Of a DNA stretch of 36,689 bases, positions 10,401-17,907 are shown one piece after another. Every line of letters starts with the position of its first letter. Positions within the stretch are counted from its first letter, which is position 1. Location of the stretch: contig JBAZNJ010000003.1 in NCBI GenBank assembly GCA_041649315.1, positions 1 to 36,689 of the forward strand, in the 5' to 3' direction. The notes beneath the pieces were generated by a model. That model was given only the letters and a program-made list of their open reading frames with translations. It did no database searches and had not been told where the DNA came from. Source of the DNA: Patescibacteria group bacterium (GTDB taxonomy: Bacteria > Patescibacteriota > Patescibacteriia > Patescibacteriales > UBA12465). Position numbers and translations under genes: made by a program.

Positions 10401-11645
10401 AATTCCGGCATTGAGGCAAGCGTATTTACTAGTTGGTCGGATACGGCGATTGCGACAATCGTTCCGGATGGAACAGGGAGCGGCGATGTTTTTGTGACCG
10501 CGAACGCTTATCTTTCTAATGGAAAATATTTTTCAATTTTAAGTACTACGCCGGGTGAACCGACTAATTTAGATCAGTTTAGGGACGCACTTTTAACGGA
10601 AAGCATTACGGTTGGCGGGACGTCCAGCACTACGCCAATCTATCTGACTATGATTATGCAAGCTGGAGTGCCGGGCGGGACGCTTTATCCGCAAGTAGAA
10701 TATCAGCCGATCGGTACGCCTTTTGTTTGCGGTAGCGGTGCCTGTGCGACTGCTACTGAGGGCGGCGGCCAGGCCGGCCCCGGTCCGGTTAATTGTGCCC
10801 AGACCGCGAATAGCTGCGCGATTGAAATTTCCCCGGAAGATGATGTTTATCATTGGCAGGCGCGCATCCGCTATAATGTCGGCGGAATAGATTATTTTAG
10901 CAATTGGGCGCCTTTCGGAGGGAATGGGGAAGACGCGACTGATTTTAAGATTGATGCTAGCGCGCCTATGATTACTTTTCCGGGTGGCAATACTTGTTCC
11001 GAGGCCGTGACTTCGCTTTCAACTAACGGCGCGACCATCACCTGGTATTTGAATGAATTGGCTGATGGCCAGATCGAGTATAGTAAGAATAGCAGTTTGA
11101 CTGGCGCCGTTTTTTTCCCGATTCCATCCGGCGATCCGGCTTTTTCCCATGTTTATAATTTAAATAATTTAGATTCTAATACTACTTATTATTTCCGGGT
11201 GCTTTCCGCGGACGCCGAAGGGAATCAGGCGCTTAAGCCGGATAGCTCTCCGTATTGTTCGTTTACGACTTTGAATGTTGATCAGCCAGCGAAAACCGTA
11301 CGTTTCTATGTTGAGGGGCGCCCGGATGTTATCAGTGGCGGCGTGTCGACCAGTACGGCTTTTTCTGTCCATATCCCTGAGGAATCAATTTCTTTCAAAA
11401 GCTCTTTCTTAGAATTAACCGGCCTGTCTTTAGTGTCCGGTACCAATGAAATTTCTGTCCAGATAAACAGCCAGCCTTCATTAACTTATGATATCGCCGG
11501 ACCGAGCAATTTTAAGATTTTGTATAAGGTCGATCCGTCTAATATCAATATTTATCCGGCCGCCAACCTTTTAACCTTAAACCCCAGCCAGGATACTAAT
11601 ATCATTTCTGCTAAGTTTTTCACCACTTATTCTTTTGAACCGTAA
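7464..11645 (+). CDS. Large exported surface protein (beta-propeller-like repeats, IPT/TIG-like domains, FN3), candidate pilus-associated adhesin
   Basis: N-terminal signal anchor AVFILTFFLVFSAG. Recurring blade-like motif (IAAYQDTSGNLQV, IAYETASGDVVVAY, LAYESLSGDLMITW, DLQAAYWNGSSW). IPT-like VISGYGFG, ITLNGTRFG and ITVSGNHF. FN3-like TITWYLNELADGQIEYSKN...TTYYFRVLSADAEGN. Confidence 0.8.
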   Translation: MRKENFKFLINSHKNLSKIFKKSAVFILTFFLVFSAGSFPCPPDFLTGEGTNNLGINNLKIKKARAAASEDGMIFYGISGNTTPQARIYDAALGAFDSPASPTVAGGQPVITRIKASPNKNEYIAAYQDTSGNLQVMCYDGTAWTNEWSVAVAPGGTPTTQRFDIAYETASGDVVVAYSRNTNATNALAYRTKSGADGCGTGNWSTAANFPTTSTITTGTVQWVKAAEDGRSGSNLGAWIWADSNRDLGGTIWSGTAFGNLKNLETNLEVVSTGQDVDSFDLAYESLSGDLMITWGSGGSSSTNGAWYNMCTGGTAACSWGASRTAFPTLADDATVLDLSADPNSDMMAFASIGNGGNDLQAAYWNGSSWTGYAQIDASCETPAAGMKTVQTGWLTNGATVRWFLIYDDGSGTGLSWFATTPGGTLTTSQGKQSDWTASPSINDIRGRYDLDTNPFNLSEVILTLSDSTNSIFAKRLVMDSVGNLTWSNVDGAASLGTKYSHPRQGFSFAYRRSLPAVLVLSASAGAKIMTINSGAVGQFVHDSACTSDGTCAAFKMMASGGSVTITSVKVSEIGSAAANTDLSNPVLFYDTDDNYANGVAGTFGSAVNFAADQTATFTNAGLSIPSGATYYFYVGFDALNGTNYPAGGQGIDFSIVSSSDIITSGATLVSGAPATLVFAGSTCASTAHTCVRPQITSYTNTTETTLDYAADCTDCGARIGPGAPYRQTIVISGYGFGTDPGLGSRSTSNNKVEVAGTGTKIVSDDGTADTNVSAWSNTAITIRTDTMVAGDDDASWGDNFGGLAALGITAGGQSAVAGLNFYLFPQVTSLTVPTPVANAAREYDAGDTDGVITLNGTRFGSSATGGWVRIFDCDETTCASPSGSAAINSWSNTAVEVQVPAVIADDVYTGSISLQQGSPAFNKNHVYTTTGFRILPRITELISSSGIVGDAITVSGNHFCQNNGICPIAFDANNKVTFNSGIEASVFTSWSDTAIATIVPDGTGSGDVFVTANAYLSNGKYFSILSTTPGEPTNLDQFRDALLTESITVGGTSSTTPIYLTMIMQAGVPGGTLYPQVEYQPIGTPFVCGSGACATATEGGGQAGPGPVNCAQTANSCAIEISPEDDVYHWQARIRYNVGGIDYFSNWAPFGGNGEDATDFKIDASAPMITFPGGNTCSEAVTSLSTNGATITWYLNELADGQIEYSKNSSLTGAVFFPIPSGDPAFSHVYNLNNLDSNTTYYFRVLSADAEGNQALKPDSSPYCSFTTLNVDQPAKTVRFYVEGRPDVISGGVSTSTAFSVHIPEESISFKSSFLELTGLSLVSGTNEISVQINSQPSLTYDIAGPSNFKILYKVDPSNINIYPAANLLTLNPSQDTNIISAKFFTTYSFEP

Positions 11646-11735
11646 AAGGGCTGGACAATAAAAGGGCGGTTGCTAATGCCGTTTTTTGTCCTATTTTCCG
11701 TGTTTAGGTAAAACATTAAATAGCAGTATAAATTT

Positions 11736-12437
11736 ATGGCTAAAAAAAGAAAAAATAAAAAAATTTATTTAATTGCCGGCGGCTTGGCCTTGGTAGCAAT
11801 TTTATTGTTGATGCTTTTTATTTTTAGGCCATTTTCTGATTCTAAAATAAATCGGCCGCAAAAAGGATTCAAAGGTTTAGTTATTGAAGATAATTTAGTA
11901 CTTCCGGATACGAGCCAAATTAGCGTTAATGACGGAGAATTTATTAGCCCGGGTGAATACGGCGTCAAGCTCCGGCCGCAGTCTGAACAAGAAGAAGTTT
12001 TTATTCCGCGCGCCGTTTTAACTTTAAAACAGGCCTATCAGTTAAGCGAAGCGGCGGCTCGAGAATGGTCGCCGGATGCCGCTTTGATTTTTATTAAATC
12101 ATTGGGCGCTTTAGGGCTAGACGGGAAAGCAAGCGCCTGGCAATTAGTTTTTGGTTCGGCCGGAAAAAAACAAGGCTATGAAATAATAATTTCTGTCGAT
12201 GAGATAATTAGCCGAGAAGAAATTGAAACGAGCGAGCCCGGCTTCGCTTTACCGGAGAATTGGTATGATTCCGGCGAAGCCATTAATTCTCTACGGAATT
12301 TAGTTCAATTTGATCGCGATTTTTTATCAGCAATCAGTTTTTATTATAGTCCGGCCGCCAAGCTTTGGGCCTATGGCCTCTCAACGACCCGGGAAGGCGA
12401 ACCGGCTCCGCGGACAACGGCGATGTGGGTTCGCTGA
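11736..12437 (+). CDS. Membrane-anchored hypothetical protein in the T4P operon
   Basis: KKRKNKK followed by the TM segment IYLIAGGLALVAILLLMLFIF. No recognisable domain. Confidence 0.6.
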   Translation: MAKKRKNKKIYLIAGGLALVAILLLMLFIFRPFSDSKINRPQKGFKGLVIEDNLVLPDTSQISVNDGEFISPGEYGVKLRPQSEQEEVFIPRAVLTLKQAYQLSEAAAREWSPDAALIFIKSLGALGLDGKASAWQLVFGSAGKKQGYEIIISVDEIISREEIETSEPGFALPENWYDSGEAINSLRNLVQFDRDFLSAISFYYSPAAKLWAYGLSTTREGEPAPRTTAMWVR

Positions 12438-12568
12438 TTTTAAAAATATAGGCATAAGGGGGACGAATTAATAAACTGAAGGGCGAATTAATAAATATGA
12501 TTTAGTTTCGCGGATTTGCCGCGCGGTTTAAGTAGCTTAAGAAGACGTTAGGCACTAGAATAAAAGGC

Positions 12569-13852
12569 ATGAAAAAAATAAACTATAAAAAATTTTTATT
12601 TTTTGTTGGCGCATTGGCGTTTTTATTTTTTTGTTCGCCAAAGATTACTTTAGCCGCCGAGCAAATCAAGACCACCGATTATTTTGTCGGCGCTTATCCT
12701 AATCAAGTAAGCGGCGCGGTTGATTTACCCTTTGCTCTTTATATCGGCGATAATCTTGAGGGCGTGAGCGACCCAATCAAATCCGCTTATTTTACGGTGA
12801 GCGGCGTTTATACCGGTTCCGGCTCTTTGTCGCTAAGCTTAAATTCCGACGCCAGCACGACTAAGGCCTTTTTTTTGCCGGCCGTGGCATCTCCGACTAA
12901 CTTTGAAATTATTTATCAGGATGAAACCGAAATTATTAATCCGACTAGCGCCGGCACTTATAATTATTCTTTGGATGTCGCACCGGCCGGCGTTACACTT
13001 TCCGGCTTAGGGGCGAAATTGGAAGCGACTTATCAATTCGTGCCGACGGCTTGTCCGGATGGCGTTCCGGCCAATGAAAAAATAAAGTCCACCGATTATT
13101 TTGTCGGTGCTTATCCTAACCAGGTAAGCGGCGCGGTTGATTTGCCCTTTGCTCTTTATATCGGCGATAATCTTGAGGGCGTGAGCGACCCAATCAAATC
13201 CGCTTATTTTACGGTGAGCGGCGTTTATACCGGCTCCGGCTCTTTGTCTCTAGGTTTAAACGACAACGCCTCTACAACCAAAACTTTTCTCCTTCCGGCC
13301 GTTGTGTCTCCGACTAATTTTGAGATTATTTATCAGGATGATATGGGAACCATTAGTCCGCTTAGCGCTGGTACTTATAATTATTCTTTAGATATCGCTC
13401 CGGCCGGTGTTACGCTTTCCGGCTTGGGGGCGAAGTTGACGGTTTCCCATCGTTATAAGCCGCCGATTTGCGGTTTAAGCTATCCTCCTTATGGCGATTT
13501 AATTTCCACGATTTTTGATTCAACCGGTTCCGCGGACGGGCCGGCATATAATTCAATTATGTGGCGCGGCGCTTTAGGTGGCGAAGAATTTGATATCGGG
13601 GAGGTTCTATTCCAGATTGCCGCCGCCGATGACACGATCGGACCTTGGGATTATATCGGACCGAATTGTATTGGCGGGCCTTATGATTGGTTTGAATTGC
13701 CGCCGGAGACCGCAGCGGAAATCGGGTGCTATTCGCTTTTGAATAATAAAAGATATTTCCGCTATAAAGCCCGTCTTTGCTCCACTGATTGCTCAGCTTC
13801 CGGGCCGACTACGCCGCAGGTGGACGAAGTTATTATTAATTGGAGTCCTTAG
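12569..13852 (+). CDS. Secreted protein with an internal 139-aa tandem duplication
   Basis: Sec signal peptide with probable cleavage at TLA|AEQ. Two copies of IK(T/S)TDYFVGAYPNQVSGAVDLPFALYIGDNLEGVSDPIKSAYFTVSGVYTGSGSLSL... and a Cys-containing C-terminal domain. Confidence 0.8.
   Translation: MKKINYKKFLFFVGALAFLFFCSPKITLAAEQIKTTDYFVGAYPNQVSGAVDLPFALYIGDNLEGVSDPIKSAYFTVSGVYTGSGSLSLSLNSDASTTKAFFLPAVASPTNFEIIYQDETEIINPTSAGTYNYSLDVAPAGVTLSGLGAKLEATYQFVPTACPDGVPANEKIKSTDYFVGAYPNQVSGAVDLPFALYIGDNLEGVSDPIKSAYFTVSGVYTGSGSLSLGLNDNASTTKTFLLPAVVSPTNFEIIYQDDMGTISPLSAGTYNYSLDIAPAGVTLSGLGAKLTVSHRYKPPICGLSYPPYGDLISTIFDSTGSADGPAYNSIMWRGALGGEEFDIGEVLFQIAAADDTIGPWDYIGPNCIGGPYDWFELPPETAAEIGCYSLLNNKRYFRYKARLCSTDCSASGPTTPQVDEVIINWSP
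12664..13497 (+). repeat. Two-copy in-frame tandem duplication, period 417 nt
   Basis: 12664-13080 aligns with 13081-13497. An 89-nt block is identical (12728-12816 = 13145-13233), and the distal parts are clearly more diverged. Confidence 0.9.
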
Positions 13853-13856
13853 GTTT

Positions 13857-14396
13857 ATGATTTTAAGAAAGAATAATAAAAAAAGAAAATTCAAGACCGG
13901 GTTTACTTTAATGGAGCTTTTGATTTATATGGCGGTTTTGTCGATCATGAGCGTTGTTGTGTCCGATTCTTTTTTAACCTTGAATAAAGGCCGGGATAAT
14001 ATTGAAATAAAAAGCGAATTAAATTCTAATTTGTCTTTTGTTTTAGAGAAAGTTAAATACGATATCAGCGTGGCTGAGGGCCTTAATTTTCCAGCCGTGG
14101 CCGGAGAGAGCGCAGCCGCGCTTGATTTGAGTATTGGCGGAGAAAATATTTATTATTCCCTTGATCAAGGCCGTTTATTGCGGCAGGCCGGTGCGGCCGA
14201 GCCGGAATTTATCAGTCCGGAAAACTTAAACATCAGTAATTTAAGCTTCACCCGGCTGGAAAACGTTAATCCATTTTTAGGAAGCAAGAAAGTGAGCTTG
14301 GAGATTAATATTTCCGGCGCCTATAACAGCGGCGATCCGGGCCGGCAATATGAACAAGATCGGAAAATAATGGTTAATCTTAACGCGGATTTTTAA
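13857..14396 (+). CDS. Minor pilin / pseudopilin (PilW/GspJ-like)
   Basis: KTG|FTLMELLIYMAVLSIMS is a canonical prepilin motif. Starts 4 nt after the preceding stop codon. Confidence 0.8.
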   Translation: MILRKNNKKRKFKTGFTLMELLIYMAVLSIMSVVVSDSFLTLNKGRDNIEIKSELNSNLSFVLEKVKYDISVAEGLNFPAVAGESAAALDLSIGGENIYYSLDQGRLLRQAGAAEPEFISPENLNISNLSFTRLENVNPFLGSKKVSLEINISGAYNSGDPGRQYEQDRKIMVNLNADF

Positions 14397-14498
14397 TAGG
14401 ATTATGGCCAGGGTTTTCCCGATCATTTAGCGGCCGATTTCTAATGATTCAGAAACTATCATTAAACTATTTTATAGAAAATTTTTAAGGTGTTTATT

Positions 14499-14915
14499 AT
14501 GAAAATATTTAAGAAAGAACAAGCGGGTTTAGCCTCTTTACCAACTGTTTTAGTTTTAATCGCCTTGATAATTTCTGTCGGCGTTTTTGTCTCCGCGGTG
14601 AGCGTTTCTGATAATTTATCAGTGAGCGGCGCGGGCGCTTCCGACCGGGCTTTGAATTACGCCCGTTCCGGCGCGCGCGATGCTTTAGAAAGAATTGCCC
14701 GTAATAAAGATTATGTCGGAGATTACGACATCGCGGCGGTTCCAGACGGTTGTTTAGAGCCATTTTCCGGATGCGTTTCAGTGAGTGTCGCGGCCGGAAA
14801 TCCGAAAATGATCAGCGCGGCCGGACGGGCCGGTGATTTTATAAGAAAAATCCAGGTGGCGGCCACGCTGGATGCGGATGGTTTAATTCTTGATTATGAT
14901 TGGACGGAGCAGTAA
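14499..14915 (+). CDS. PilX-like pilus assembly protein
   Basis: N-terminal hydrophobic helix GLASLPTVLVLIALIISVGVFV without Glu+5, as in PilX/GspK-type proteins. ATG at 14499 is preferred over the GTG at 14490. Confidence 0.6.
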   Translation: MKIFKKEQAGLASLPTVLVLIALIISVGVFVSAVSVSDNLSVSGAGASDRALNYARSGARDALERIARNKDYVGDYDIAAVPDGCLEPFSGCVSVSVAAGNPKMISAAGRAGDFIRKIQVAATLDADGLILDYDWTEQ

Positions 14916-15010
14916 GGATTTAGCAAGAGAGGGCGTTTAGAATAAAAAGATTGATTAGAAACTTGCCTGATAATTCATCGCGGAAGATTTATCTTAGGAA
15001 GATTCGATAT

Positions 15011-15736
15011 TTATTTATTACCAATAACAATCTGCAAATCATAACGAATATCATTCCCCAGGGTCTCAACGATAAAGTCATACTTTTCATCGACTAATCT
15101 GCTTATCTCCAAGAGTTCGCTGGCGTTCCGGTCTAAGCCGGATTTTATTTTTATCAGCGTTGCTTCTTCGCTTTTCGCTTGGTTGCCAATGTTTTCTACC
15201 GGGTAGCCGGCTTGGTCCAGGATTTTTTTCATTTCTCCAGCTAAACCGGCGCGGTTCGTTGAATTAAGTACGGAGATTTTAAGGTTTAAAGGCGCCTTAG
15301 CTTTAATCGATGCTGAATCATCCTGAACGGGCGCCGAATCATTGGCCGCGGGAATATTCTCCCCTTGTTCGTTGTTAGTTCCGAGTTCGTCCCCCGTTTC
15401 TAATCGGGTTGTCTCATCTTCATTAACGATTATGCCTAACTCATCCTCCTCCGATTTAATTTCCTTGTTTTCACTAATTAGCTCATCAGAAACGGGTTTA
15501 GTTAAATTTAATTTTTTCGCTAATAATAAATAATTATCAAGATCAAGTTGTAGTATTTTTTCGGGAGCGACCTGTTTTTCAGCCGGTTCTAAGGCCGAAC
15601 TAAGCGCTTGGTTTATAAATTTAATCATTAAGATAAAGGCAATAATTATCCCGATAAGATAAAGAGCAAAAATTAAAGGGTAGGTTAATTTTTCTATCTT
15701 TAAAGTTTTTGTTTTTTTTATTTTATTCTTGAGCAT
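15011..15736 (-). CDS. Membrane-anchored LytR_C-domain protein
   Basis: TM segment YPLIFALYLIGIIIAFILMI, an acidic linker, and a C-terminal LKISVLNSTNRAGLAGEMKKILDQAGYPVENIGN typical of the LytR_C fold. Overlaps the upstream pilO-like gene by 14 nt. Confidence 0.65.
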   Translation of the reverse strand: MLKNKIKKTKTLKIEKLTYPLIFALYLIGIIIAFILMIKFINQALSSALEPAEKQVAPEKILQLDLDNYLLLAKKLNLTKPVSDELISENKEIKSEEDELGIIVNEDETTRLETGDELGTNNEQGENIPAANDSAPVQDDSASIKAKAPLNLKISVLNSTNRAGLAGEMKKILDQAGYPVENIGNQAKSEEATLIKIKSGLDRNASELLEISRLVDEKYDFIVETLGNDIRYDLQIVIGNK

Positions 15737-16277
15737 AAAGCCGTCCGCTAAAGTTTATCGTTGAATTATTATTCCAGCCATTAGTGCCATTTATGTTTAT
15801 CGTCTGGATCGAGGAAAAATAAGTCAGTTTTTCGAGGTCTTTAAGATAAGCGACTAGGATATCAATATTAGCGTCCCTTAAGGATGCGCTGAAGTTTACT
15901 GAAGACAGGGAAATCGGTCCAACCGGCGAAACAAGAGGCGCAGGCTGGCTGAAGTTAAGCTCGGATTTAAGGTTGTATTTCTTAGCCAAACTGTCCAAGG
16001 CCTCGACAAAAGGCAGGACATTATAGACCGAAGGTAGGGCGGCGTAAATCTTAGCTTCATAATCAGAATCAATTTTTTTGAAATCGGCCTGGATTTGGCG
16101 GGTGGTTTCTTCCCGATTACGCAGAAGATAATTTATTTCTTTCTTTTCTCGGGTAGCTAAATTCAGTTGTTTGATTTTTTTAACCAAAAAATAATCAAGC
16201 GTTCCGGCAACGCTAATAATTACTAGAGCGACTAGTATTTTAATGCTTAGTTTTAAAATGAATTTATTCTTTAGCAT
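15723..16277 (-). CDS. PilO-like pilus assembly protein
   Basis: Single N-terminal TM, a coiled-coil segment and an alpha/beta C-terminus. Directly downstream of the pilM-N fusion. ATG at 16277 is preferred, because the track's TTG at 16316 lies inside a conserved intercistronic motif. Confidence 0.55.
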   Translation of the reverse strand: MLKNKFILKLSIKILVALVIISVAGTLDYFLVKKIKQLNLATREKKEINYLLRNREETTRQIQADFKKIDSDYEAKIYAALPSVYNVLPFVEALDSLAKKYNLKSELNFSQPAPLVSPVGPISLSSVNFSASLRDANIDILVAYLKDLEKLTYFSSIQTININGTNGWNNNSTINFSGRLYAQE

Positions 16278-16307
16278 TTTGATTTGGTTTTGATAAGACC
16301 ATTGCTG

Positions 16308-16344
16308 AATACTCAAAAGAGCATTTGGCGAAAGCCCAATTATT
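16308..16344 (-). repeat. Intercistronic RNA-motif copy 1
   Basis: Sense strand reads TAATTGGGCTTTCGCCAAATGCTCTTTTGAGTATT. It is 33/37 identical to 24751..24787 in the same orientation and starts at the pilM-N stop codon. Confidence 0.7.
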
Positions 16345-17776
16345 CAATATTTTTTTCTAAGATTTCCGGATCGGTAATTTTAAAAGTTAAAGAAAAAGGA
16401 ATATCCGCTTTCTTCCCGAGGTTGTCTAGGGGCAGAGTCACTTCCGTAAAAAGCTCAGAGCCGGCGAAAGAATCTCTTAGGGAATTAATCCGATCCCGGT
16501 CAACCGCGATTCCGGATAAAGAAAAAGTCGCTTCAGCGCCCGGCAAGGATAAGGTATTTACGGTAATGCCGGAAACAATTCGGTTTTTTATCTCTTCAAC
16601 AATCGGGCTCCAGGCAGTTTCCTGACGGGCTAAGGCATTGCTTTGGCCGACCAAACGGTTAAATGATTCCGCTCTAGTTTCAATTAAGATAGCATTATCT
16701 GCACCCGGCAAAGCGGACATGAAAGCGATCTCCTCGTTAAAATTATTTTGCATCATAACGAGAATAAACCAGGTTGCGCTTAGGGCCGCGCTAAAAAATA
16801 AAGATAGGGCGAAGCTGGCGCCGATTAAGAAGCCGGCCGTGGCGTTGGCCTTAGCTTGGCGAAAAGCCTCTTCTGTCCCGACTTTCATTAAGCTAATCAG
16901 TTCGTCGTCTTTCCGCGGGACTAAGCCGCGCCAAGCCGCGCCCAAAGACGTTAAGGACTCAGGTTTTATTTTTATTTTTTTACCTAATTCCTCCCGGAAT
17001 TCCGGATTAAGCGGTTTTAAGGGCAGGTCTTTTATTTCTTTAGAGTCAAAGGATCCGATAAGAACCAGACCGGAAATTTTCCGATCAAACCATTCCTGAT
17101 GTTTTATTATCTTATCAATTTCTTGTTTTAAGCCGGATTTTATTTTTTCGTTTGGCAAGGACTGGGAAAAAATGAGCAGATTATTTTTTATAACAGAAAA
17201 AGTCGTAGTTGAATGGTCTTTTTTTAAGATTAAGGATGTTTCGCCCGGTTTTTGCTTAAGAGCCCGGGCTAAGCTTAAAGAATGGCTTTCAATAGCGACG
17301 ATTTTCAGACCGGCCTTTTTTAGAGTGTTTAAAAAATTTTCTATCAAAGAGATCGGCGCGCTGGCCAATAAGAAGTTTTTATTAGCCTTATCTGCCTCCG
17401 CTGTTTCCCAATCGCAATAGATTTCCGAGCGTTGGCGCGGCAATTGGAAATCGGCAATTAATTTCATTGATTCACTTATTTTCTCATCCGGCATTACATT
17501 CGGGAAAGAATAGATTTTAGAGAAGATTTTGTCGGCGGGTAGGGAAACAACTAAATATTTCAGCCGGCGGCCGGAAAGCTTTTTTATTTTCGCGATAAAT
17601 TCACTCTCTTTTTTTATTAAACCATCATTTATTACATCGCTCGAAAGAGTCTCTTCAAGGAGCGTTTTAATTTCCAAAGACGATTTACCTCTTTTTAATA
17701 AGGTAAGCCGGATGTGGGAATCAGATATTTCCAAGCCGCCAATCGGCTCTTCATTGATGAGGCGCAGTAGATTCAT
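16340..17776 (-). CDS. pilM: PilM-PilN fusion protein (actin-like ATPase fold, TM, PilN-like domain)
   Basis: N-terminus IGGLEISDSHIRLTLL and about 300 aa of PilM-like sequence. Then the TM segment GFLIGASFALSLFFSAALSATWFILVMM and a PilN-size periplasmic domain. Confidence 0.8.
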   Translation of the reverse strand: MNLLRLINEEPIGGLEISDSHIRLTLLKRGKSSLEIKTLLEETLSSDVINDGLIKKESEFIAKIKKLSGRRLKYLVVSLPADKIFSKIYSFPNVMPDEKISESMKLIADFQLPRQRSEIYCDWETAEADKANKNFLLASAPISLIENFLNTLKKAGLKIVAIESHSLSLARALKQKPGETSLILKKDHSTTTFSVIKNNLLIFSQSLPNEKIKSGLKQEIDKIIKHQEWFDRKISGLVLIGSFDSKEIKDLPLKPLNPEFREELGKKIKIKPESLTSLGAAWRGLVPRKDDELISLMKVGTEEAFRQAKANATAGFLIGASFALSLFFSAALSATWFILVMMQNNFNEEIAFMSALPGADNAILIETRAESFNRLVGQSNALARQETAWSPIVEEIKNRIVSGITVNTLSLPGAEATFSLSGIAVDRDRINSLRDSFAGSELFTEVTLPLDNLGKKADIPFSLTFKITDPEILEKNIE

Positions 17777-17907
17777 AGTACTTATTATAATACCAAAATT
17801 ACCGAAATTTTACAATTTTTAAGCCGCTTTATTTTTAATGGTTTGGCGAGAGCCAGCCAAGGAATTAATTAGGGATTCAGGGTGAAAATGGTATTCGGCA
17901 GAAAATT

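Noticed and set aside
7879-11372. Multiple 60-110-aa ORFs on both strands inside the 1393-aa gene
   Set aside because: They are Arg/Pro-rich translations of off-frame GC-rich coding DNA. None has a start context or motif, and the long frame is continuous with domain signatures.
11664-11690. Rho-independent terminator after the 1393-aa gene
   Set aside because: Only a 3-bp GC stem (with flanking wobble pairs) precedes the T-run. The segment is better explained as a degenerate copy of the intercistronic motif, and the operon probably continues.
12664-13497. Possible CRISPR-like or non-coding repeat array
   Set aside because: There are only two copies of 417 nt, in frame within a continuous ORF, with no short repeat/spacer periodicity. 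I saw no regularly spaced 25-40-nt repeats anywhere in the window.
16284-17822. Plus-strand ORFs 16284..16625, 16638..17099, 17172..17420 and 17529..17822
   Set aside because: All are antisense to the pilM-N fusion gene, which has recognisable PilM features. Their products are low complexity.
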